A stretch of 64,000 bases of DNA, taken from contig NC_092676.1 of assembly GCF_964355755.1 (NCBI RefSeq), positions 18,618,871 to 18,682,870 of the forward strand. Direction: 5' to 3'. The translations under genes and the position numbers were made by a program. The first letter of the stretch is position 1. Each line of letters opens with the position of its first letter. This DNA is from Antedon mediterranea (taxonomy: Eukaryota; Animalia; Echinodermata). Under the pieces are notes generated by a model that saw nothing but the letters and a program-made list of their open reading frames with translations, searched no databases and had not been told where the DNA came from. This document shows positions 1-12,900 of this stretch, one piece after another.

Positions 1-2294
1 AATCATTTGATGTACACAATGTTCATACTGTATACAGGTGTATAGGAAATCTATTTGTACATCATTCAGTTTTTTATTAAACCTGAGGTGGTGGTCAGCA
101 TATTACTACTGTATTAATAAAATAAAAACTGTATTGAAGGCAGATTTGGAACATCTTAAATAAATTGAATTTAAAATTATGTATAAAAACAAAATATTAA
201 ACAAAAAAGAAACAAGATCTTTGTTCTTAAAAATATAAACTATAGTTGGCCTGCAGAAGTTGTAATATTTGAGTTTAAATATCACGGAATTACGTTATTT
301 AGCCTGTGAAATACAAAAGAATTGATAAAGTAAAATTATTTCACTTTGAAAATATTAACTGGTTTATTAATTAAAGAAAGGAAAGTGAGAAGTTGAAGAT
401 GCATTCAGACATAAACAAGGAGAGACATTTAATATTCCAAATAATTGAGTTCTTCAGATAGCAAATCAAATTTGATATATTGCATAGCTAGATATATACC
501 CAGTGACCCAGTTGGGGTCACTGTCAACATTCCCACTCTATTACAATGTGTAGATGTTCAACATTTGAATAAAACTAATGTTTTGAAGTTAAGGTTAAAT
601 AGAAACAATATTTAATTTTCTCACTTGGTTGATACCATACAATCCAAGGTTTTCTATATAACTGTGTACAGGGTTATGCAAGCAAACAGGAATTCTCATA
701 ATATTATAGTAATGATAATATAACCCTATGTAAATCTATTACCTGGTGCTAATGTATAGTCTTATCACATGCAAGGTTAGAGCGAGTTAATACCAACATC
801 TTGGTTTGATAAAATACCAGGACAGATGATCAGTCAAATGTCCTTTGCTTTAGCTTTAGCCAAACTAATAATAGACAAACGATTTATCCACATGAAATCA
901 CATTTTTCTATTATAGTAAAAAAAAAACTGTTTAATAGAATTCTGCTGGTTTTGAGATGACCATAGCTTCTCAGTCTCCTTACTTTTTTCTATACCAGAT
1001 TTATACGCCTATTACCATATTCAAATACTTTTTAGTTCATTTTTGATTTGTTGCCATTTTAATTTCATACTTAGGGGCTACCATACAACAAGACTTTTGA
1101 TTTACTTTCTTTTTCATTTTTATATTTAAAAAATTAATTCTAGAAGAAACAAGAATGCGTTTGTACTTGAAAAAAAATACATAAAAAAAAAATTGATTGA
1201 TTGAAAGTAACTTGTACTTTTTACCTTCAATACACAAAGCTTTTACTCAGATTTTAAAAGTATATATAGTTTAATTTAAAAAAATATCTTTGTACATGAA
1301 AAGAAATCCTTTTTTAAGATTATTTTTATTGAAAAACTATTCCTGCATATGTAGTAAATCTGTATTTTCAAAAATCATATGTTATATTATTCCACTAGGC
1401 TATTACAAGTAAATTATTGACATGGTTATATTAATGAGGATCACTTAATTGATAAATTGCTGTATCAATGGTGATATTATTGATTCATAAAACCTTCTCT
1501 GTAGTATGTTTCACCTGGTGTTGTTGTGCACATTGAAGGAGACGATCCAATTCAACTTTATCTAATTTACAATATTTCTAGCAGCAGGTCATCTTATGTA
1601 CTGCGTTTCCTATCCTTTTCATTTCAAAGCTTATAACACTACTCTCCGCTATACAGCAATGAAAGCTAAATTAGAAAATGTCGTCATTGAATTTTTTTTT
1701 GCTTGGCAGTTGTCGTAATTATCATAGCATTACTTTTACTTTACGATTGAATTCATAAAATAAAGGTAATACACTTTCTTAAATAATGACCAATCAGTTT
1801 TTGTCTTGGCTCAGTAATATGTAGATGTTCTTAAATTTATGTAGATTTTATTTTTAAAGCTTCAAAAATGTATTATGTACAGATTTTATGAAATTTCCAA
1901 ACGTATATTGGCAAACTAAACTTCTTAAAACTATAATGCATGAGGGTTTGTTTTCTTATGGTTTTATATTTTATTATTTGTTTGTCTTTGGTTGTGGAAT
2001 GATATCAAATTATGAAATGTCATTTCATCAGATACTGTAATTGTCCAATTTAAGTTTTTTATAATGGATGATATTGACTGTAGTACACTACAAGTACTTC
2101 AGTAAACCAAATTATTTAGAGTAATTGCAAGTTGTTATTCCATATCCCACTGCTTGTGTACTATACATCTTATGGGTTCATTTTTAATAGGTCTTCATGT
2201 AGGCTTTTGCAGAATGTTATTTCCATTCGTTGATAAGACTAGGATCTCGCAAAACATATCTTCCCTGCTGATGGATTTAATAACTTAAGAAGAA

Positions 2295-2917
2295 GTAAAG
2301 AAGTTCAGTCATGGTGATGTGCAGTGTTGATTGATATCCAAATACAGTATGTGGCACATAGATGATAAAGTGATGGTAAAGAGCATTACAAATACAAATT
2401 GGGGAATACCCCGCATTTTCGCTGAAATAGTTGTTGTTTCCTTTTCCTTTTACGATTGATCAAAAGTGGACAGAAGCAAAGCAAAATTTCAATCTGCATA
2501 TCTGCGTATTTATAGCGGGCTGCTTAAATTTGATAGAAAGAATCCACTTATTTTTCACATTTTTACCAATTTAAAGATAAAAAAAATTATTGCAATTGGT
2601 TCGTATTTTTACATTAATTGTAGTTTGTGCATATGTAAGATTTTGTTGAGTCCTGACGGAGAATAGGGGTTCTACTACTGTACATTTAAAGTCTAGTAAT
2701 TTACAACTACATTACAACATTGCCCTGTCTCAAGGTTCTAGACAGCGATTTGGTTTATATTCTGAAAAAGAACAACATTTTGGCATACGTGGCGTGCCAT
2801 AACTATACTTTAGGCAAACTATTGATTTAAATATCTTTGTATTCTTGTGGTAAAGAAGTTATGGCGATGTGTACAGTGTTAATGTCAATATCCAACACAG
2901 TATGTGGCACATAGATG
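2295..2917. repeat. Pair of ~70-bp dispersed direct repeats (about 2295-2364 and 2850-2917)
   Basis: gtaaagaagtt...cagtgtt...atatccaa..acagtatgtggcacatagatg occurs twice. Confidence 0.7.
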
Positions 2918-3819
2918 GAGAAACGAAAGAAATGTATATCTCAAAACTATATAACGAAGCTCAGATCGTATCCTTATTAAAAAGAGTTACAGTATATTGT
3001 TGTATCATATTACATTGTAACTTGCTATGGTGATATTGACATCAAATTCACCAGTTTAATTAGTCACTGTTGGATATATGACAAGGCCAAGAGAAATATC
3101 TACTTGAGCAGCTTTAATACAATTTTAGAATATACTTTCTCTCTCTATCGAAATGGAACATTCCATTTTACAAGCATCTGTGAAACAAATCAACTTAACA
3201 TGTAATGTTGTGTGTATTGCTTTAAAGAGTTCTCTTTAAAACTAGCTTTAAATATTTACAAATGTGCGCAAATAATAAATGTCTACATTAGTAATGGAAT
3301 TTTATTGATAGCCAATCATAAGTTCACTAGATACTACAAAACCTTTCAAGTGGTAGATGTTTTGTTGTAGGTAAATAGTGTTGGATAGTAGTAGAGATGG
3401 ACACTTGGTTGTTTTAATCAACTGCTATATATAAGTATACATCTGAAGGGATTTCATGTAGGGTATACATAATACAGTATGCGCCTACCTTGGTTCCCAC
3501 TAAACGCAATGACATTTGACCATCACAATATAATGAATTTCTAGTTGGAACCCAAATTTAGATATTTTGTTTTTGTACTCTATTTAGGATATAAACCCCA
3601 TGACAGAGAGATTGACAATCTAACAACCAAGATTGCCATGTTGGTATTTGTAATTGTAACCCAATCCATCCCAACCTCCCACTTTACTTCAATCAAATTG
3701 CCATGTTTACCAACAGCTGTCACCATGGTGATTTAAACTTGTCACTTTATGTGCACTTTTTCTGCCTTGGTAATAAATCGTTCCACAGTGCCAACTGCTT
3801 ATTTTTTTCTCTCTTCTAG

Positions 3820-3908
3820 GCTAAGGATATAATGAAAGGAGCAGACATGGAGGAGGATACTGGCCCTGAAAAAACAGTTCTTGCCTGGTGCAAGAAGAAC
3901 ACAGAGGG
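3820..3908 (+). CDS. DMD: Dystrophin exon (5' part of human exon 6 equivalent), start of CH2
   Basis: ttctag|GCT...GAG GG|gtatgt; [30 protein letters not shown]. Confidence 0.9.
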
Positions 3909-6900
3909 GTATGTTCATAAACACTACCTGTAGTTGTTTTTTAGTATAATGAATGTAATATATTTTATATTCAAACATATCCATATTGATGCATGTCATG
4001 TGTGTGTACTGATATTAAGTCTCATACAATTGAAAGGATTCAGAAGCGCGCTCTCCGAATAATTTTGGGTTATGAGCTTAGTTATGTTGAGGCATGTGGG
4101 ATTGTCGATTTGGAGGTATTGACATTTGGTAAGAAATATTATTTGTTTCGCAACATGCCCCCTCCTTGCCTCCACTGTACCAAGGGCCTGGGATAAATTC
4201 AAGAAATCACCTGTTTTGACTTTCCAATGTTTTAAATTGTATGTAACAATTATGTTAGACAACAGTTTCAGCCCTTGGCTGCTTGTTGGTCATGCTATAT
4301 GTATAGTGTTTTTTTAAAATACCTGAATATAATTGAGGAATAACGTATTGAAAATTATGACCGATATAGTTCCAAGAGTTTGAAATTAACAATGGCTTAA
4401 TTATGTACTAATTTATCCAAAATTGAGGGGCATGGGATTATACATACAGTTAAAAAAGTATGTACAGTAAATCATGTATAAACATTTTGTATATTTTAAA
4501 TGTTTATTTTGATGTACAAAACAGTCGGACCTAAAGAAGAGTCCTACTGTGATTTGCATGTTTCCTTGAACCTATACCCATGGTTCCAATGATATTACAT
4601 AACCACATGAAGATGGCCGACTCATGCAACATAACAATGCAACACTATGGGCTCGTCAAGTCAAGTTCTGTCTATACTATCAAACTTCATGTGACAAAAA
4701 AATATGATGTGGCCATATATGGACAAGATAATGTTCAAACTATTTGATAGTAGTGTAGACAGAGCTTAATAATTTACCCACGTATAGTTGGTTTACCAAC
4801 CAAAGTGATAATCGTTTCTTGAAGCTATTAACTTAGTAGGTAAATGAACTAAGTCTGAACAGGCCCTATGAATTACAAAGTAAGTTCTCAATTACATTGG
4901 ATTTCTAAAGAATCAAAACTATTAAAATTATTATTCTATGATGTGTTTACTTGATTGAGTTGTATATTTTAATAATTTAATATCTTTATTTTTGTTACGG
5001 AAACTTTTTGACAAGAAAGGGGTTCTTCAGTAAGCCTGTATCACTATCGTAAAAAAGGGCAAATAAGATAAATGTCGTAAAAAAAAATAATAACGAATAT
5101 GAACGTAATTAATTAAAATATAAAATATGGTCTATTAAGGTCTTGATAACTAATGATGCAATAAATTGAATTTGAATTGTTGGTTTAAATATTGTACTGT
5201 ACATTACATATTTATAACAATACATTTAGTTTTTAACCCAACCTAAATAAATCATTTTATTTTTAGCTGCTTGATATATGTTACTTTCTTGTACCTGTAA
5301 TATGGATAATAATTTAGTATGTATTTTTTTATGTGCTTTTTGTTTATTGCAGATATTCAAATGTACAAATCACTAATTTTACTACAAGTTGGACAGATGG
5401 TCTTGCTTTTTGCGCCCTCATTCATAAGTTCAGGTAAGAAAATATTGTTTGCAAGAAATCGCCGTTATAACATAGAGGCCAATGGCTGTAAGTAAAGGTT
5501 GTCTAGCTCGGTACGAGTAATGATTGTGCTTTTTAGAAGAGAGTATGTGAGTGTGTGACCGTATGTCATTACATCACAGTTCAAACTAAAAAATATACTT
5601 GTTGTTTTGTGTGTACCCTCTATAATCGATTATTTAGTGTCAAAACCGTAATTAATTATGTGTTTGAATCAGTTACGATCAGTGACATAACGACTATGAT
5701 GAGTTCTCACTGGTTAAACCCAGGAGCTTATGGGTGCTCCTGAACAGGGCCTGGAAGAAAGAAACGCATTAAAATATGTCTAAAAAGGCTACAAATGCAC
5801 GAAGCCTCCAGCATTGGAGGGCCACTTAGCACCCCTAAAACTAGGGGCCTCAGGCCTCTGCATTATGCCACAATCATTGATTTCTGCTGCCAAAACATAG
5901 CTGTAATTTACCATATTTACATACAGTACTACTGTATTTAACCAGTTTATATATTGCATTGCATATTGATTTAATGTCATAATTAATAATATACAATGTA
6001 TGTTTTGTAAATATTTGTAAAATGTTCTTATAACCAAGGTAACAGATTATCATAGGTTGTAAAGGTTATTCTGCCCTTTTGATTTTTCATAATTAATGAG
6101 TCCTTGAATTAAAACTTTAATTTAATTGGTTGATTGTCTCAATTTATTACATAATTAATTTGAACGATTCTCCATGCCCATAATTATAATTTGATTAAAT
6201 GTGATTCAATAAAAGCTAGTACTGTACTTTCCTTTTTCCTAGGAAAAATGGAAACAAGATTATAAAAAAGGCCAAATAGAAAAAAAAATGTTTTCTCGTG
6301 CCATACTTCATAAAATTTTGCAGCCACGTGACGATTTGCTTTAGTATTTAAATTTTTTTTTAAATAAATAATTGCATATTCTGTTGTGATCGTAATTGTT
6401 AGTTTAATGATATAACACTTTCAGTTTGTCGATACTGTATCTAACATACCAAAATGCAAGAATGATAGTTAAATATCACCATTTAAAAAGATAAAACCAT
6501 CATCAAATAAACAAAATTACAAATTCTAATTCCAGACTTTAAACTACTGTAAACAATTTTTTTATTTGGCCGTAAGTGAGGATTTCTTAAAATACAAATT
6601 AACATGAATTTTTTGGATCAACTAATGGAATATTAATTATGTTTTTTCCCCCTTTCTAGACCTGATCAGTTAGACTATAATGCAATGCTTAAGAGTACTC
6701 CGGAAGCCAGACTTCAACATGCTTTTGATATTGCTTATGATGCTATGAATATTGCCAAGCTGTTAGATCCTGAAGGTATAGTTTTTTGTTATGAATATTT
6801 ATATTTTGCCACCTGCTTATTTACATATGAATCCATCATCCAACCAGGATCTAGTGGAATTACTGTAATAATATTCCTGAGTCTAATCTGATGTGGCTTG

Positions 6901-9900
6901 TTTTCAGAAAAGCAGAAAAGTCAGATTAAACTGGATGTTCACCTTAATCTCTGACGAAAGTTCATCCCAATCTGCGATACATAAGCATAAATCTGGATCT
7001 GAATATACCCTGATTGTAGCCTGTTTACGGAATCAAGGGGTATTTACAGCATTTTCTAGTTTGCTTGACTGATTTGGTTTAATTTAATGTTTTTTAGATG
7101 TCCATGTGGATCATCCTGACAAGAAGTCAATATGGATGTACGTTGCGAGTTTATATCAAGTACTACCTCAGCAGCCTGCCCTCATACAACCGCAACTAGC
7201 TAAGTCCACCAACAATAAACCACCGCTTGATTTGCCTATATCTCGTGTAAGTTATAATACATATTCAGCTTACAATAATTCTCATATTCATTTTCATAAT
7301 AATATCTTATTATGAAAGTGAATATGAGAATTTCATAAATTTAAGTTGATTGAATAATTACTACCTGCATTAAGGGGACAATTTTAGGAGCCAACAAGCG
7401 TCTCTTTCAGAAGGGCTTGCCATAGTGTTAAAACATAGTTCCTTTCATTAATTTCACAGGAAATCCTCCTACCTCTTAAGCTGTCAACACTATCAAACTA
7501 GTTTGAAAAAAAAAATTGTGATATGACATCATCATGTCCATATATGGGCACATCATATTTGTTTGTCTCATAAAGTTTGATAGTGTGGACAGAGCTTAAG
7601 TAGGAATGTCTCAAAGGAACGTCTCTACTGTAGTTATGTAGTTTTTAACTAATTACCTTTGTAATTAATCTTGGATTTATAATTAGATTTGTTATCATGT
7701 TCTTCAGCTTTGTAGAATATAAACCTACTTTTATAGAGAAATTTCAACATGTTGTATTTTTACATGTTATTGCAACATTCATTTGTGTAAAATGTCCGAC
7801 GTGTGAATAACCAATCTTGACGTGTTGAGGAATTGTGAGAGATTTTACGAGAATATGAATACAAAATCTTAAGTGAGAAATAGGATGATAGTCTTTGTCA
7901 TATATGTTTACTTGGCGTCAATAAAATACAGTGAAAGATATTTGTGTAGTTTGAGATAAAGAATTTGATTTGAATATATTTGGAAAATCGCTTAAAATAA
8001 AGTTACAACACAATTACTAATCATGAATGATTCCACCGAACAATTACTAATGTTGAGATAATGACATAGAAAATTACATTAAAATGCCTAGGTGCTTATT
8101 TTAATTGAAGCTTTTTTAATCGACATGAATAATGATTAAAAAACTATTTTAAATTTGTAAAATTTTATTGATCTCAGAAATTTAAAAATTTATTTTTTAG
8201 AACATTAACATTAAACTTGTAAAAGTAATAAAATATACTACTTGTTTTTTAAAGAGTGATTGTACTAGAACTGTAGCACGCCAAAGGAGTTTTCTGAATT
8301 TGAAATATTTTTCAAACTACATTATAAGACAATATTGATGTTAAACATCTGGTTATGTAGATCAGGTATTGTCGAATAGCTTGTCAGCATTTGAAACTAG
8401 AATTTTACAAATCTCCAAAGAAATTAGGTCCAGATTTTGACAGGTAGCCAAATCCTATCAGCATTGCCCAGTCATCCTGTTGCAATGTAGAACCTGCGTC
8501 GATTCTTGTGGTTTTCGTATACGCTATGCCAACTTCCAACAAAGCTTGGATCTAATCGCTTAATTTCAGTTCATAGAAGACGCATGTAGTAAACGCGAAA
8601 AGCGAGTCGGACAATTTGGAAAGAGTATCCCTCGAGTGTTGGTCAGGTCGTGCTAGACACGATGGCGCACGCTTAGTGGTCCACGACTAGAGAAAGTAAT
8701 GTGGTTTTTTTTTTATTTGACGTACTGACTATTTAGTATCCTAGGTTTGTTATCTTATCTGTGAAACAGAGAATTCTTTTAGATTTAAACTCGTTCTGTT
8801 AATGAATTTTAAAACTGAAACCTTTATAAAAATCAAAGAAATAAAATTTATTTACAAAAAATATCTACAATTCAACATTATAAAATATGTGAAAAATGTT
8901 TGTTGTGAACAGATATTAATTTCTCATTGACAAAAATCAAAGAAATTAAATTTATTTACAAAAAAAACGATAAAACTCATCTACAGGACAACATTTTAAA
9001 ATGTATGAAAATGTTTATTAACAAGATAGTAGTTTCTCATTGACATTTCTATAAACAACTTTAGTTTTGAGAATTGTACAAATTTATTATGCTAAATTGA
9101 TGGTTAATAATAATGCTAACTTGCGTTTAAAGTCAGATACGTTAATCAATAGTTTTCAATAATTTTTAAATTAAAAATGTTCGTAATTGTTTTGATGCTA
9201 CCATAGATCTCTTCGCTCTTCGAATATATTTCTTCCATTTCAAGGAGAAAACGTTGAAAGCATATAGACAGTCTTTTTCTTTTGAGACATTGGGACTTAT
9301 CATTAGAATCTGTTACTTCTTTAATACCAAATCATAAAATATGTTGAGGAGAAGCAAACAAATAATATTAGCAAAAAGAAGTTCAAGACAAAATGACAAA
9401 AAAATAGGACTGCGTCGTTGATAATATTTGACGTTATACATTTCTGCAAACTGAGTGATAGGACATGAAAGAATATTTGTAGTGTAATTGAATAGGATTA
9501 AGAGTTTCCTCTATTACAGACACACCACTTAACTATGCCTAGGGGCAGTCTAATCAAGATCACTAGAATAATCATTGTCTATAGGAAGTTATTAACAGCT
9601 ATTAAAAAGAGGTAATACTGTAAGTACTTAAATATTGTGATGTGTGTAGGCATGCCTAACTTCTCTAATTGTTTGTTTTTGATCTGACAAAATCACTACA
9701 AATGTGTTTAAGGTCCCTTTACAATAATATTCTAGATATGAACTCATCACCTGGACAACAACAAGGACTTTATCCGCGCAAATACAACATGCACAAATAA
9801 AATAAATATAATTAAGATTACTTCAAAGCAACCAAAGCGATATATTAGGACCTACATTTTACGTACCATGATTTTATGTTCCATGGATTTTACGTACGCA

Positions 9901-12900
9901 TAAAATGAACAGTGATGTCGTTATTTTTTACTTACCACAAAACACAACTTTGCGCTGATTACTATAGCTACTACATTATGGGAGAATGTTTCCATACATG
10001 TTTGATCCAAAAAAAGGGGTAATAATGTGAAGCGCTTGGATGCAATAGGCACTACTCTATATTAGAACAAATATTATTATTTATTATTAACACATAGTAT
10101 ATGCTTTTCTGTGTGTATCCCATTCATTACAATTTGTATGTTTTCTGGCCTAGCTGTAAGTTAAACAAAACATTACTGCAACCTATAGAATTTACTGTAT
10201 GTGTTAATGGGGTCAATTTAATGTCAATGTTGATTTTAAATATCCCATGTTTTACGTCCCATTTGGTCAGCCATAGGTAGGCCGTAGGTTCTACCATGGA
10301 CCTATAAATTAGTTCCAATAGGTCTCCATCGTTCTACTGTAACTATGTTATGTTCACTACTGGTTTACCTTGCTACCATTTTCTTTCCAATGCTTTATAG
10401 TTTCTCAACGTTACATTTTATATTACTAATTGTATAACTTAGTATACTTATTTATCTTTACAGCCTTTATCAACAGACTCAAACGGTGTTGATCTTAAAA
10501 AGTATCAGATGATGATGGAGAATGTACTGATGTGGCTTTTAGAGGCAGAGGAGCAACTCCGTTTACAGGAGCCAATGTCAGAAGATGTTGATAGGGCTAA
10601 AGAACAGTTCCATATGCATGAGGTATTGTAACATTCACATATAATCATATTACAACTCCTCGAAACCTTCAAAACTGTGTTTAAAATAATGTCTGTTTTG
10701 AATGGTTCCAGTTTTGAGATAGAAGGAATAGGATAGGAAGATTTTATATTCATAAGTGTATCTTTACCATTTGGTTGGTATATTTGGTATCATATGCCAT
10801 TAATCATTTTCTTCAATTTCAACGATTTCAAATGTTGTACAACATAAATACTTGGTAGCCTAAATATTGTACAATGTTTTGTACTCTTGAGTGGAGTGTA
10901 TAGTTTTGTTCCATTCAACTTGTATACATTCATTATTTGTACTATATGATACCTTTTGAAATAATAAAGTACAAAGCTCGGAGATTGAACCTCAGCAAGA
11001 AAATGTTTTTCGTTTTTTATAATATAATTTGTTAGATTAGAAATACATGTTCCCTGTATTATTTTCATATTTGTAATACGAGTATGTTTTCAACAAAACA
11101 CATGTTTTGCATTCAGTCTCAAAATTGAATCATTGAGTTTTCAATTACTTGTCTGTCTGAGAGATATGGGTTTAATCCTAATGTTTATGGGTTTAATCCT
11201 AATGTTTTTGAGAGATATGGGTTTAATCCTAATGTTTTTGGGTTTAATCCTAATGTTTTTGAGAGATATGGGTTTAATCCTAATGTTTTTGAGAGATATG
11301 GGTTTAATCCTAATGTTTTTGAGAGATATGGGTTTAATCCTAATGTTTATGGGTTTAATCCTAATGTTTTTGAGAGATATGGGTTTAATCCTAATGTTTT
11401 TGAGAGATATGGGTTTAATCCTAATGTTTTTGAGAGATATGGGTTTAATCCTAATGTTTATGGGTTTAATCCTAATGTTTATGGGTTTAATCCTAATGTT
11501 TTTGAGAGATATGGGTTTAATCCTAATGTTTATGGGTTTAATCCTAATGTTTATGGGTTTAATCCTAATGTTTATGGGTTTAATCCTAATGTTTTTGAGA
11601 GATATGGGTTTAATCCTAATGTTTCTGAGAGATATGGGTTTAATCCTAATGTTTTTGAGAGATATGGGTTTAATCCTAATGTTTATGGGTTTAATCCTAA
11701 TGTTTATGGGTTTAATCCTAATGTTTTTGAGAGATATGGGTTTAATCCTAATGTTTATGGGTTTAATCCTAATGTTTATGGGTTTAATCCTAATGTTTTT
11801 AAGAGATATGGGTTTAATCCTAATGTTTCTGAGAGATATGGGTTTAATCCTAATGTTTTTGAGAGATATGGGTTTAATCCTAATGTTTCTGAGAGATATG
11901 GGTTTAATCCTAATGTTTTTGAGAGATATGGGTTTAATCCTAATGTTTTTGTGAAACATCACACATCTTCAAATGTAGCTGTTGTGATACCAGCTTATGT
12001 GAAAACACTAAATTAAGGTACACTAAGTGATTCCTATAAAATGAAGAAACTTAATACTCTTTAGGCCCGCCCTTTGCCAGGGGGAATTTGTGGGTAAATC
12101 CCCTTTTACAGTGAGCCCCCTCCCCTTAATCTATAGCGACCCCCTCTTAATCTACAGCAAACCCTTTCCACGACATGCCCACCACCATAAGCAAAAACCA
12201 TCTCTGACAATCCATATAGTTAAAGTTCTTTAATTTCGATTTTTGTCATAGTATTGCTTTGAATTTAGTAATTTTTTCTAATTGGAAATTGGTTCGACAA
12301 ACATTTACAAATGCACTTATTTATCAAATTACAATAAAAAAAACAGTATGTACAATATTTCAAGAAAATTATGAAATGGTGTCTCAGGAAACAAGGAGGT
12401 TTGTATGATTGATAGAGACCCCAGATTACTTTTAATTTGTTTTCAAAATAATATTGCTCTTAAATGAAATAAATTCAATAATCAACATGAAAACCATGTT
12501 GAATGATAATAAGGGACTCAAACACTGTACTGTGTCCAAAAGCCCCACGGGTCAGGTCCTGGTCATGGCCCTGCTTTTGTTGCTATATCAACCGTCTCTT
12601 CAGACACTTTTAATAAACTTAATGTCAATACATGGTTTAAATGGTGTACTGCAAGCCTTACAGTAGTAGTAATATTCCTGATATAAATAGCATTATGTTG
12701 CTGGTTGATAAAGGTTGTTTCCATATAAAATAATTTTAAATCTCATTATTTCCACTGGCTTTAGAAAACGAAGTTATGACGTTAAACTTTCTAGGTACCC
12801 TTTTGTGACAGGTGACCTATATGTATATTTATTAAAAATACATTTTATGATAATAGTATATTCCATTTCAACTGTAATATATTACATTTTGAATTTTATT

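Noticed and set aside
1505-1640. Exon-like stretch YVSPGVVVHIEGDDPIQ after ctctgtag
   Set aside because: No dystrophin similarity, weak donor with incompatible phase; CH1-CH2 continuity leaves no room for it.
11133-11962. Two 273-aa ORFs on opposite strands
   Set aside because: Fully explained by a minisatellite whose unit lengths are multiples of 3; no splice or start context.
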